DNA of 64,000 nt, taken from the NCBI RefSeq assembly GCF_041381155.1, contig NC_091134.1, positions 61,246,902 to 61,310,901 on the forward strand, in the 5' to 3' direction. Within the stretch, counting starts at the first letter, position 1. Every line of letters begins with the position of its first letter. This document shows, one piece after another, positions 27,001-39,275 of the stretch. A program made the position numbers and the translations under genes. A model generated the notes under the pieces. It did not search any database and was not told where the DNA came from. It saw only the letters and a program-made list of their open reading frames with translations. Source of the DNA: Argopecten irradians. Its lineage: Eukaryota.

Positions 27001-30000
27001 ATGCTTTGAACAAAGGTTATACACATCAACAATTAACTAACCTCCTTAACATTTGTCAGTTGTAGTCCTTCATACTCGAGTTCCTTGGCTTTCTTCTGCT
27101 CCGAAGTCTTATCTTTCCGTTTATACTTGTTAACTGCAAACTTGGTCTCCAGTACATGCCGTATAAGGTACTGTATTGCTTCTCTTACTGATCCATCGCC
27201 ATCTCGAGCAGACGCCATCAGGCTACACAGTAAAATCAGCTTTGTTAGAATAAATTGGTGTTTTATTTATTGCATGAATGAAAAATGGTTACAAAAATGC
27301 AATTTATAGAAAAGTACCATAATTGTATAATTTATTGGCCTCTCATCAATTTTTCTATAAATGTATTGCATATTGTGGATTTTTTTTAATTATTATTTTA
27401 CGTTTTTTAAACATGTTTTTTTCAATATATTAATCCTCCATCTTCTTGTTGCAATCCACTATTTGTTCATATGGTGAATAGTGATCAAGCATGTACCTGC
27501 CATGAAAGTTGTGGTCTGTTGCTGTTTTTTCTAAGAACTTAACACACTCCGGTTTCTCTTCCTCCGTCATTGGACCATTTATTGACCATATTTTCCGAGA
27601 ATTCTCCTCAATTTCTTGGTTCTCTTTATCTACAGAATAAAAAAAACTGGTTACTTATATAAATAATCTGTCTGTAAACAGTTTATGGCAAACCATCAGG
27701 TCTTCAATAACATATTACGATCTTATTGAATTATAGAAATATCATGATTCTTTCAAATTACATTGTAAAATATAAGATAACATGGTTATTAAGGCTTCAG
27801 TTGAGCAATATATGATTTGAATAAAACACCTGTAATAAGTCTGTGAATAATGCATTTACTACTAAGCATCACACATAGATAGTAAGTATGATTTGCTATA
27901 ATTATTTTACCTTCTTCCTCTTGACTTTTCTTCTCCACTTTAGCTCGCTCTGCCATCATTTTCTTTAAACGTTCAGCCTGTATCCTCTGTTCTATCTGAA
28001 ATTGGCAGTAGTTTATCTTATAAAAATTTTTTTTTTCAGATTGTTTTTGTTCAAAATCACAATATAATCTTGCTGAAATATACTGTTTTTCTTATGGATA
28101 GCATTGTTTTACTCCTCTTTGGCAAAACATAATGTAAATGTCTGTATGATATTAAGGTATACCCAGTAACAGATTTATACATAAATGATTGTTGGTACGG
28201 AAACTAAAATGGAGTTTTTATCCCTGTAGAGTGTACTTTAAGAGAAATAATGTGGTTGTAGTAGAACTATTTACAGAAATTTGACTGGTTCGATCATCGT
28301 GACCTGGTAGCTCAATCAGTAAGGCATCCAACTACTGACTGGAGGTTCCAGGCTCGTACTCGATTTAGCCACTACATCTTCTCCTCTTCTGTTATAATGA
28401 TTTAACAATGTCTTTCTGATAATGGATTACATGTACTTGAACGATTAAATATGTTGTTTTATTAAACTGATACATAGACATACATATTACATTAAAGAAT
28501 ATATCAAGTCACCCACCACATCAAACTTGTTGCCTAGTAACAGTATCGGGAAAGTTTCCTTGTCAACAGGGGTCTCCTCCATGGTGGTTGTGTGGACCTG
28601 GCCTGCCTTGTCCTCCACTGGGTGTGTTATAAAGGTGTTGTTTAGGACCGTCTGACGCCACACTGGAGCCATCTCTATACTGGTTTGTTCCGTCATATCA
28701 ACTACCACTGTAATACAGGAAAAGTAGTTCCATGAATCTACAGACAAATATTAATCACTATGAAGATATAGAGTTAGGATTTCTTACTAATTCTTCATTT
28801 TTTCCTCTAGTTCATCATTCAAAAAAGTCATATACACATTAAAATCAAGTTAGTTTTAATTTAATATTTATCTTGGTTTAAATCATTGTATGCTTTTTTA
28901 ATTTACAATTATAGAAACATTCTGATCTTCCTTTCATTCAATGATTTTTTTTTAAGTGTTGATTGCATATTGTTGTCTATATAGGTAAATTAGGAGTAAG
29001 GGGATGAGGGGGGGTGACGGAGGTATCCAACGTCCTGAAGGTACTGGTTGGTGAAGGTTCAATGGGTTCTGTAGGGCCATCCACAACATGTCAACTAAAT
29101 TATTTTTGAACAGAAACATTGATTTTGATGCTCCATCTCATTTCCATTTGTTGTCTTTATAGTAAACATGGTTGTGTTGGAATTAAGTATAGTGATAAAT
29201 TACTAACTCACCTATAGCAGCATCGAGATTCCTGAAGTAAGACTTATGGAGATCTATATCCTCTCGTCCAGGAATATCCCACAAAGTCAGGGAAACAACT
29301 GTATGGCCTGGAACATTCAACTTCCTAACTGTACTTTCTGAAATCAGAAAACAATATCAAGTTATACATAGGTATTTCTAAACTTCTTACATGATCACAA
29401 GTATTTCTATAAACCACATGTAGGTCTTACATCACATATAGTATTACAATAGTATGAAGAAATAATCATTTCGGGGGATGGAGGCGCAACGTCCTGGGTT
29501 ATGGAAAATGTAGAAATTCTTGATGGAACCGGCCTTGGATTCAAAAGAATACAGAGGCCTCACTTGTAATCCAGGTAAATATATAAAAGAGCGAGTCCAA
29601 CACGGTAGTTCCTTCCAGTAAGCTGATTTTTTAATCAGAGAGTTGTTGACATGTTTCGACTCTAAGCGAGTCGTCCTCCTGGTTCTGAGGACAACTCGCT
29701 TAGAGTCGGAACATGTCAACAACTATCTGATTAAAAAATCAGCTTACTGGAAGGAACTACCGTGTTGGACTCGCTCTTTTATACATTTAATAGTATGAAG
29801 AGTTATGATGATCATCTTAAACACTAAACACTTGGTGGCAGTTTATTCCTCAACCAGCTCTGTAATACCCCTTTGGAGGAGAAATCTGTCAATACTGAAG
29901 TAAGTCTAATCCATAGTGTTCTTACAACATACCATCGTACAGAACGTCCAAATTCATGGAGAAGAATAAGGGAAAAAATAATCATGTCAAGTACTGCAAG

Positions 30001-30629
30001 CAGGAATTAAACCAAGGTCTTTGTCGTAAACTGATGGATATATACCTGCTGAGCCAAAAAAGCATGCTCCATCAGCTGAGTGATACAGATTGTCTTTACT
30101 GCTAGTAATAATACATGTACCGGGTATGTGTATATAAGCCACACCAACATTTTATATGTATATAATTCTAACCATTCCAACTCACCTATGACTGCCTTCT
30201 TGGTGGGAATATACATAGGACTGAACTGGTTCTTGAGAAACCTCAGGGCTACACATGTTTTACCAACTTCAGGATCACCTAAAGCAACACAGAGGTATGT
30301 TTTTAAAGTATTTATACAGTGAGAAATTAAGTGTACAAAGTAATTCACAATTCAATACACAGTTTTAACAGTTGTACATGTATGGTAATACAGCTAATAC
30401 ATTTTAAATGTTAACCATCTGTACAAAGTGTTGTCCATTACATTTCAGAATTGACAATCAATCTGATAAATCTTGTGAAAATAGACTAGTATTCATCACT
30501 GCTTAGTGTTGTAAAAATAATTTACTGATAAAATATATCTTACCAACTAAAGCAATCTTCAGAATTTACTGATGAAATATATCTTACCAACTAAAGCAAT
30601 CTTCAGAGGTGGAACATGGTGCCCTGTGC
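24093..30629 (-). CDS. Atypical Rab32/38-like small GTPase domain fused to a coiled-coil C-terminal region with CxxC...CxxC. Model: complement(join(24093..24368,25060..25164,25531..25704,27042..27222,27497..27629,27901..27985,28517..28707,29212..29337,30186..30278,30588..30629)). A possible 5' exon lies at 31052..31127, giving ~493 aa.
   Basis: All junctions are GT/AG and phases are consistent along the whole chain. GTPase exons: KIALVG|DPEVGKTCVALRFLKNQFSPMYIPTKKAVI (P-loop GDPEVGKT and switch I YIPT), ESTVRKLNVPGHTVVSLTLWDIPGREDIDLHKSYFRNLDAAI (G3-like WDIPGRE, compare WDIAGQE of Rab32/38), VVVDMTEQ...FPILLLGNKFDV (G4 NKxD). No G5 SAK motif was found. Exon e joins the coiled-coil exon IEQRIQAERLKKMMAERAKVEKKSQEEE in phase 0. 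Downstream exons overlap ORFs 27033..27218, 25507..25713, 24979..25164 and 24093..24395 (...MCEECWDVV...ACLECRSAIQ...FLW*). The putative first exon MRKVCWWRKAVDTGEKPPTSGHAVL(G) at 31127-31052 ends at a phase-1 GTAACT donor that matches the phase-1 acceptor at 30631/30629. It is unproven. The GTPase part and the coiled-coil part could be separate genes. Confidence 0.5.
25713..26490. repeat. 54-bp tandem repeat, ~14 copies, inside the intron of the GTPase gene
   Basis: The unit is cttgtatcattgtaacatagcaaacacgtggtcaaactaataacaaaa[c/t]aaatt, repeated head-to-tail with a C/T polymorphism and terminal variants (atatctaacatgtgg). It produces the artefactual 144-aa ORF 25869..26303. Confidence 0.9.
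28290..28385 (+). mobile_element. tRNA-derived SINE-like fragment (A-box/B-box-like) in an intron
   Basis: gtgacctGGTAGCTCAATCAGTAAGGCATccaactactgactggAGGTTCCAGGCTCGtactcg. It resembles a tRNA D-arm (TAGCTCAGTNGGTAGAGC) and T-arm (GGTTCGANNCC) but has no valid cloverleaf. Confidence 0.3.
29577..29790. repeat. Near-perfect ~100-bp inverted repeat (foldback or MITE-like hairpin) in an intron
   Basis: Arm aaaagagcgagtccaacacggtagttccttccagtaagctgattttttaatcagagagttgttgacatgtttcgactctaagcgagtcgtcctc at ~29585-29680 matches the reverse complement of ~29686-29780 with 2 mismatches. The spacer is ~6 bp. Confidence 0.8.
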
Positions 30630-31999
30630 CTATAGGTGAAAAGATCAAGATGTTTATTCCATTTCACTTATAACTCAATGTAAACATCAGCTTTGTATTG
30701 AAATAAATCAGCATGAAAGTCTGAATGAAAAATCAATACAACCTGTAATAGAATTTGATCATTCTTATTGCATCTGGTTAGTGTTCGGAGGTTACGAGTT
30801 TGTCACAGGCCTTGTCGCTACATTTTCTCCACTTCTGTTAACAGCTTATTCTCAATAACAAATACATTTTTTGTATGTAACAAAAACTGCATGAAATTAT
30901 GGACACCTATGAAGAAAAAAAACTTTATTTAATTACAGTATATATCTTAAATGAATAATCAATAAACTTTGAGATGTCCTGACATATTGCCACAAGTCCT
31001 ACATCTCTGGGTTGCGAGTTTGAATCGCATGTACATGTATAACACAGTTACCAAGCACTGCATGACCACTGGTCGGTGGTTTTTCTCCAGTATCTACAGC
31101 TTTCCTCCACCAACAAACCTTGCGCATCCTTAAATTACCATGGTTATTAATAACTTAATAGGACAATAAACTAATAAAGTGAAACCTTGACTACCTGTCG
31201 GTTTAATTTGTCAGCACATACAATGTACATGTAGGTACTACACTATATTGTCAAAAGCTTGATACATAAAGCATCCATCCAGTTACTGTACACTATACAA
31301 AAACAATGTACATAAAAAGGGCAAACAACAATGTACATTGTAGTAATGTATATGCTGTAATGATTATAGTATAATTGTTTGATTTCAGATTTCCTGATGG
31401 CTTAATGATAAGTAATAAGCAAAATCCACCACTTTGATTTGGACTATTAAGTTTATGTATCAATTCACAGGGGTTAATTTGTAATGAATAACTATCAAAA
31501 TAACAATAATCTTAAGTCAAGATAAATATGAAGTATAACAATTATCTTCAGTTTAAGCTCTCAGAATCAAAATCATACATTTATGTGTAGCATTCAATTA
31601 AGACTGAGAGGAGAAAATGTAGTGGCCAGACCAGGTTTCTAGGTTATCAAATTTGGCATACTTGTAGAAAATTATCTTCAATTTCAGCTAATAATATTTA
31701 CATAATTTTCCTTTATGCACTTTTTGAGAAAACCGTATTTCATTACCACACAATACTTTTTCATTGCCATTTTGATAAAAACAAAGAAGTAGTGCACAAA
31801 AAGGATACATATGAAAACAAAATATCGGAAAATTATACAAATATTATGAACTGAAAGTGTAGACAATTCTCTACAAGTGTGCCAAAATTAAGTAAAATCT
31901 GCCAATAGACGAGATCAGGAAAAATCAAAGAAAAAATGTAAAAATACATAGAATATATAGGTAAAAATAAAAATCACGAAGACTTTTGGCATGTTACTG

Positions 32000-32087
32000 T
32001 AGCTACTGTTGTAGCGGAAAAGATATCACCTTCTGACAACAAAAAGTCAGTCAGAAGGTGATATCTTTTCCGCTACAACAGTAGCTA
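32000..32087. repeat. Perfect 37-bp inverted repeat with a 14-nt loop
   Basis: tagctactgttgtagcggaaaagatatcaccttctga ... tcagaaggtgatatcttttccgctacaacagtagcta. Confidence 0.8.
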
Positions 32088-32705
32088 AGCTACCTAACCA
32101 GATTTAGCAGTGCTACCGGACCTGCTAAGAAGCTCTTTGCAAAAACAATATCACTGTTCTAAACACACCTAACAGTGTTACCATCAAATATGTTGACTAA
32201 TGTCATAATTCTTGTTAATTTTACAGATAGTAAATATTATTTTAAAGTAGATTTCGTTCCTACGCATAGTAGTAATTATGAAAGCACAACGTAATCAGGT
32301 AATTATGTCAACTTCCATCATCGTAACTTTAAAAAAACACCAAGTAGGCTAATGCATATCAAATCATATCAAATCTTTGAATGTGTTGTTTTAAAACCAA
32401 CCAGAATAGACGAAGGGATTATCTAAATCTGAACTGCAACCTGCTCCCATTGTGATTTGTCTAATACAATCCAGAGTTCATTGTAATAATGTAACATATT
32501 TGAGATTGTCGGCCATGTTGTTGATATTGTAGCTAGGTGTTCTCGTGAAGAACGTCATCGTTTTATGTGTATTAACCTAACAGAGTCAGTCGTTATCACA
32601 TGTACAGAAATATACGACATGAATTACATTTTGCGTAAACCAATAGCGTTATAATTGTAAATACCAGTCAACATACCATTTTTAGCAAATGGGTTGGTAT
32701 GAGCT

Positions 32706-32778
32706 GGTTCTGTGGTGTAGTGGTTATCACGTCTGCTTTACACGCAGAAGGTCGCGAGTTCGAACCTCGCCAGAACCT
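32706..32778 (+). tRNA. tRNA-Val (anticodon TAC)
   Basis: GGTTCTG TG GTGT AGTGGTTA TCAC G TCTGC TTTACAC GCAGA AGGTC GCGAG TTCGAAC CTCGC CAGAACC. The 7-bp acceptor stem, D, anticodon and T arms all pair. The anticodon loop TTTACAC gives TAC. A T-run follows (ATTATTTTTCTTATTTTTTTTT), which is a Pol III terminator. Confidence 0.9.
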
Positions 32779-33139
32779 CTCGATTATTTTTCTTATTTTT
32801 TTTTACAATCTTTGTTTTTACTTATTTCTTGGATGTTAAAAATGAATTTCTCATATCTAACAAAATTATGTGATTATAAATGAATAACAATTACTGAAAA
32901 TGACGCATGTGTTTGCTTTTATGAGAATGCAGGGCCTACTAAGTTCTAAATCTCTGATGACTGGAGTGTTTTTATCAAAGTTCGTGTCATTATTTGAGGT
33001 AGACGTATATTTATGGTATAGAATGCATATATATCACAATAATACAATGATATTAAATAATAAAGACGCTGATAGCCTACAAGTATACTCTAGTAATACT
33101 CAACTCGAAATCCAAACATATTAGATATGACGACAGCTC

Positions 33140-33212
33140 GGTTCCGTGGTGTAGTGGTTATCACGTCTGCTTAACACGCAGAAGGTCACGAGTTCGAAAC
33201 TCGTCGGAACCT
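33140..33212 (+). tRNA. tRNA-Val (anticodon AAC)
   Basis: GGTTCCG...CTGC TTAACAC GCAG...CACGAG TTCGAAA CTCGT CGGAACC. The cloverleaf pairs and the anticodon loop TTAACAC gives AAC. A TTATTTTTGTTT stretch lies downstream. Confidence 0.9.
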
Positions 33213-34189
33213 AGACGATTATTTTTGTTTACATTATTCATAAATCAATATGTTAGATAGAAGACAGTATGAAAATTTCATTTATGTTTTTATGAATTGC
33301 TAATTTGTACACATGAGTTAGAAAATTCTGTATTGTTCATGCATACTTTTATACACTAACCATTCTAATTATGTTTACATATTTATTTTCATCTATTTTT
33401 CATCTTTACAAGATAAAAAAAGACTCGGTGTGTAAAGTGGCATGGTTATTTGATGAAAGAAATATGTACCGAACCCTGTGCACTTGCTGTATTGAAATGT
33501 ACAATTTTTGCATATTTTAAGCAACACCACAATTTACGACTAAACATTAATACAGGTACCTAAGATTTACCTGATGCATACACTGATACTATTTACAGTC
33601 AACGGAGTTAAACTCAAGTACACCTAAGAAGTGTTAGGTATATAAAATATAAACATGTCTAAAACCTTAATCATGATCAACCAGCCAACTTCCAATTCCT
33701 AGTATGGAGTACCGTAGAAGAGTCAATTGTGGATATTCGGACCACTACGGGCAATATTATATGATGAATTCATGAGCTGTGGTACGACCAAAGGACATCA
33801 ACCATTATAGATAAACCGGAGGTATATAAATAAAGTAAAACTTGAAAACATGAAAAAGGTATTATCAAATAACGTAACAAAAAACCCCAGAGAATTATTA
33901 AAGATAACAGGTATGATAAAACAACCTACCGGACTGATAATACTAATAACAGTTAATAAAGGATTAAGTCTGAATACATAAAGGACAAAGAAATAACTGG
34001 GGACTCATAAAGCATATATAAGTTGTCTAAATATAAAAAAATAAATGATTAAAAAACATGCGGAGATGTTGGTATGAGTTATTTTTTTTAAATAATTCTT
34101 TTATTTTTAAAATCATATTGATATTACAATTGATCATCCTCGTTATTATTTAAGATAATGCAATTCACCTTTTCACACATACATCTACG

Positions 34190-34500
<311 letters not shown>

Positions 34501-36421
34501 CACACAACCAATCACACTCTTAAATACATTATATGAGTTTTTAAAATTTACCAATGGCGGTGTGCGACCTGAATTATCACTGGGTGTATCGCATATCTTT
34601 GATATGTTTAGTCATTCAGTGTACTTATCTGATTGATCTGATAAGGGATAACATACTGATCTCATGCACTGTCCACAAGCAATGGTCACATCAATGTGAC
34701 TCATATTGACTTCACGCCTGTATAACAATATGCGAAGAGATACATGACAAGCATGTAAAGACACATATGTTGTCTAGCTGATCAGCTACTAAGGTCAATT
34801 CAAGGCCCAGGGATCCTATGTTTAACTCCCTGTCTATTGACTGTATTGACAACAAAACTAATATAATATACCAAATGTAAACTCTACTTCAAATAATACA
34901 AAGCGCTGTTGATAAAAAACAATTCACATAATCATATAAGCATTGATGTCAATATTTTTTAACTTCATCAGAGTAAGAAAGAAATGTTGTTTGAAAACTG
35001 TTTGAATCCGCGCACAAAAGTTTGCAAACAAAACGATAACATAACCCGATGGAGTTAATAAAAAAGTTACATCAATGCTTATAATTAATTTTTCAGACTA
35101 TTTGATAACATAAAATACTTTTAAGCGTACGATTCCATTGATTTTCCAATACGAAAGGTCGACGTCTCTATTGTGACGCCATGCTAACTTGGGTTTCCGC
35201 CATTCTCGGATTTTTTCGATATAGAATATGAAGAAAAAGAATCTGTCAAGCAGAAAGTCGGATTTCGTATGAATGCAAATAAAAATAAATTATATTTCTG
35301 TGAACTAATTTCTATTAGTACAAGGTACATATATCATAAAACAATAAGGCGATCATATTTCTTATCTTAGAAAGTGATTAAACTATGTGATGCTAGGGGG
35401 CCCTCATGTATTTTATGGGAATCAAAGACTACTAGAGAATGGATAAAAACGGGGCCAATTTAACAATTTTGTCGTTGACAAACTGATCTGAAGGAGTTTC
35501 ACGGTCTTGGGATATCAGTTTTCACGCCCGGCATTATGCAATTAAACTATAGAAAAAAGTAAATTATTGGCCATTATTTGTTCAATGGTGATATGGAATT
35601 ATACAAACTAATGAAAAGAAAATTTCAGTTTTAAATACACCTATCAGTCTTTGATACCAACAAAAACGTCAATATTTGTGTAATATTTTTGAAGGCATTA
35701 CAAATGGACCTCTGTCTTGATTCACGCCAAAGCATAGTCAAGCCATTACCATCATTGCTGTAACCGTTGGAGTGCAATCGCGGTCTCGGTGCATAAACTT
35801 TTTTTTATATCACAATAAGCAGCAACCCGTTTAAATGTCATCGTACATGACACTCCACGTTGCAGACGTCAACACGTTGGGTTTGTTATCATCTTCATTA
35901 TCACCTTTAGTACGTCTGTAGTTCAAATCAGAATAACAAATGAGAGATAAGAGTAAGGACATTTCGGTCGAAGTCGTGCATAGTGTTTCTTGACAGCAGC
36001 CTGTTAATAGATATGTCCTCAATTACGGTGACATTTAATGTTACTATCCTTCCCATATGCTTTGATAAGGGACTTGAATTTGTTCACTGATTCCGCATTC
36101 AGTGTCTGAAGGTAATAGCTACAGATCACTGACAAATGGATGTTTCCTAATGTTACATTTAAAGTCATGTTTATGTTTTTTGTAATCTTTAATTGTGTCC
36201 CTTTGGTCTGAAATAATCTTAAATCGACAGCAGACTGCGACCTCTATCACCTGTTGGGTCGATGTGTAATTGATAATTACGAATAAATGTAGAACATCTT
36301 CTCTTTTGCGTTTATACCCTAGAAATGGTAATCCGAGTTGGTCGGAATACGGTAATATGATAAATCTTTTCACCAGCTTGGTCGCCCTCCTTTGTACATT
36401 TTCTTGTTAATGAGAAGATCC

Positions 36422-39275
36422 TTAGGTAGCAGTGAACTCTGTGTGTTGAGACGGTTCAACAGTTACTTCGTTACTCGATTCCTGGTAATCTACGTATTCA
36501 GACGGTTCAACAGTTCCCTCTTCCCTTGATCTCTTGAAATCTGTTTGCTGATCTGATTCACCATCTCCCTCGTCCCAAAATCTCTTGCGGTTTATGTGCT
36601 GCGAAGGTTCATCAGCTTTATATAAACAAAACGTATATTTCAAAACAATGGCACATTTATGTTTCCAAAATAAACTATTATTCGCGCCATTAATATTGGA
36701 CAAACACGAATAAAGCTCTCTTTGTCAAATCACGTATGCTTTAGTTTTCTGAGACAATGCTTTAAGTACATCAGCTTTTGCAAAAATCAGATATTTGAAA
36801 TTATCACGTTTTTAAAGATTGTGAAATTACGAGAGAAATGTTGTATGTACATGTTAAGAAATAAAGTAGCATTATACACTGTACATGTACATGTATATTG
36901 TTTTAGACATGTATGCGATCAAGGAAAGGCATCGTATACGACCCAAGTTACACGTTGTTACACGTTTTGATATGATATTCAGTTTAGTCTACATACTAAA
37001 TAAATGATAGATACTTAGCCAAATTGAAATATTTTTAGGAGACAAAATGGTCTAAACCAAACATAGCTTGGCAAAAGATAATTTTAATTTCCTGCTCCTA
37101 ACTCTTGTCTTCGAAACACCCAATAATATAATAGACACTGTAATAAAATAAAACTATGAGATAGACACCTTAAACATCACAATAGATAAAAGTATATTGT
37201 GTAAACTGCTTTGAAAAAAAATCATTTGTCCATACTTTAACACTCAACATGACAAATTAATTTCATTAAATGTCATTAATAGACCTATTGCACTTGTTAC
37301 CTGTAAATGTGTGTTCTGTATACTGTATGGCTTCCTGAGACCTCCCAACGAGGACTAAACACTCGCCTGTGATGTGGTATATCGGAAGGTCACTAGTCAA
37401 CCTCAGCTTGCTAGAATTCTGCTCGATAAACACCTTCAAATCGTTTGCTACCTCTGACGCTCTGTTGAGATTTTCATATGCAAGAAAACAATGCAGCTTG
37501 ATCACGTGGGTGTAGAACAGCGGATTGATGAACAGGACACTTTGGGATTTTTGAAGGACTTTTTGAACAGCTTTCGGTAAGAATTCTGTAAAAACGGGCA
37601 GACAGGCGATGTCTAGGGCTATGAATCGCTTTAGGGTTTCCTCAAAGGTGCTTGTTTTGGAGCGATACATTTCATGATAATCCTCGTCGTTTGGATCTCT
37701 GTCTCTGTTATGGAATGTGTAATGGATGATTGTCCTGTTGTAGCGGCTGATGACATCTTCAGCAATGTCATGTGCCTCTTTTACCCTTCCTTGGTTCAGA
37801 TGAAATGTAGCCAGTACTACTAGACCACAGCAGAATGTTAAATCAGCTTGCCGTTCTAGTATTATTTGAAGTTCATTGTTATCACCTTCCATGTCTCTCC
37901 TTTGAGATTTGTAAAATTTGTGTATGGCATCAATGGTGTTGACTTCTTTCTGCAACATCAAACATATATTCTTTTGTAAATGTATATCCAAAGCTTTTTG
38001 TATTTTTTCTATGCTATGTTGCAGACATTTAGAAAATTTGTCAGAATTAGAAAAGAAATTCAGAATGATATGGCGAACAAAGCACAATGCGCTGAATGAA
38101 ACATGGTGAACATAAACGTCGTTTTCGGCGACTTCATTCATTCGTTTTTTAATTATTTCTCTCCATTTCGTGGAATTCCGATTTTCAAAGGCCTTTAGTT
38201 CTGCCAGAAGTCCGTCTAAATCCAAAGCCAGTTTTGTGTCCATCATATTGTTTGAAGGAATGAAATAGTTTTGTATTTCCTTTCTTTGTACACAGATTAT
38301 TATCATATTAAGAAACTTGTCCAGGCATTGGTAGATTTTCTGGCCTCCACAAGTCCTCTGGCGACTTCTCTACCATCCAAAGCATGACTGTTTTAATGAA
38401 ATAAGACGGGAAAGCGTCTGGAAACTTCGAACTTATCTTCGAGTGGAAGAAGATCTTCACGGTATCGACACAGGCATATTGGGTACTATTGAATGACCAT
38501 ATTAGTTCTCTTCCATCTTGTTGAACGATATTCTCCATTCTATTTCCTTTTGTAAGGAATCGGCATGTCCTACGGGGACTAGACAGCACCCTAATAAAGA
38601 GGATTTGTCGATAGTACTTCTACCGGGCCAGTTGTACTCTCGATGCCTAGTAAGCCAATCTTTGGCGGTTTTAGGCCAATCACATGTCAACGCAAACAGT
38701 GTGTCGATGTTGAAAATTCTTTCCATTCCTCCATACTGGAATGTTATGCAAGGTCCATGAGGCTCAAGCTGTTTGAACATACCATGACGAGGAAAATATA
38801 ATCCCTTCGCTATTTGCGTTTTCCAGTAATTTGACGTCTTTACACTCGATACGTATTCTGTGCCTTCAAAACAAAGTGATCGAACATCAATTTCACACTG
38901 GTTTCTTCTATTGACATCAAATAGTTTAACTTTGGTATAGCCAGGGTGAGTTCCATGTGTATCCATCACAACTATTGCATCGATTTCTTTCCTCGCTGAA
39001 CCTTGTGCACTCCCATGATTTTTCCTGTTTTGTTGCAGGTATTTGGCCTGTTCAATCTCAGTTGCTACCTTAATAGGTTGAGATTCATATATAAGATCCG
39101 AGTCGCAATCCAATCCTTGAATAAATTCAGCTCTGCTACCAGATACAAACATAGGTTTTCTGGTTATTTCTTGTATTGTGAAGTTTACCAATTTGTAGCG
39201 TTCGATCATCTTTGCTACTCGTTCCTTGAATAACTTCACTATCTTTAAACTAAGATCATCCATGTTGGCAATCAC
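36422..39275 (-). pseudogene. cGAS-like receptor (cGLR / Mab-21-type nucleotidyltransferase) paralog A, disrupted by two frameshifts. Exon 1 is complement(37300..39275) and the putative 3' exon is complement(36422..36540).
   Basis: It is co-linear with intact paralogs B and C but split into three reading frames. ORF 38502..39275 ends ...WRISFNKMEEN*. ORF 38308..38589 continues in another frame with ...ELIWSFNSTQYACVDTVKIFF...PSYFIKTVMLWMVEKSPEDLWRPENL. ORF 37266..38306 covers the C-terminal part. There is an apparent 1-nt deletion in an A-run near 38520 and a second shift near 38306-38320 (ENLPMPGQVS* versus expected ENLYQCLD...). The GS...DCDSD and VVMD catalytic motifs are retained. The phase-1 donor ACAG|GTAACA lies at 37300/37299. 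The putative last exon begins at acceptor CAAACAG| at 36541/36540 and encodes DFKRSREEGTVEPSEY...TEFTAT*. Confidence 0.6.

Noticed and set aside
32689-32883. ORF MGWYELVLWCSGYHVCFTRRRSRVRTSPEPL... and its copy 57042..57284
   Set aside because: These reading frames run through tRNA-Val genes. Their conservation is due to tRNA sequence identity.
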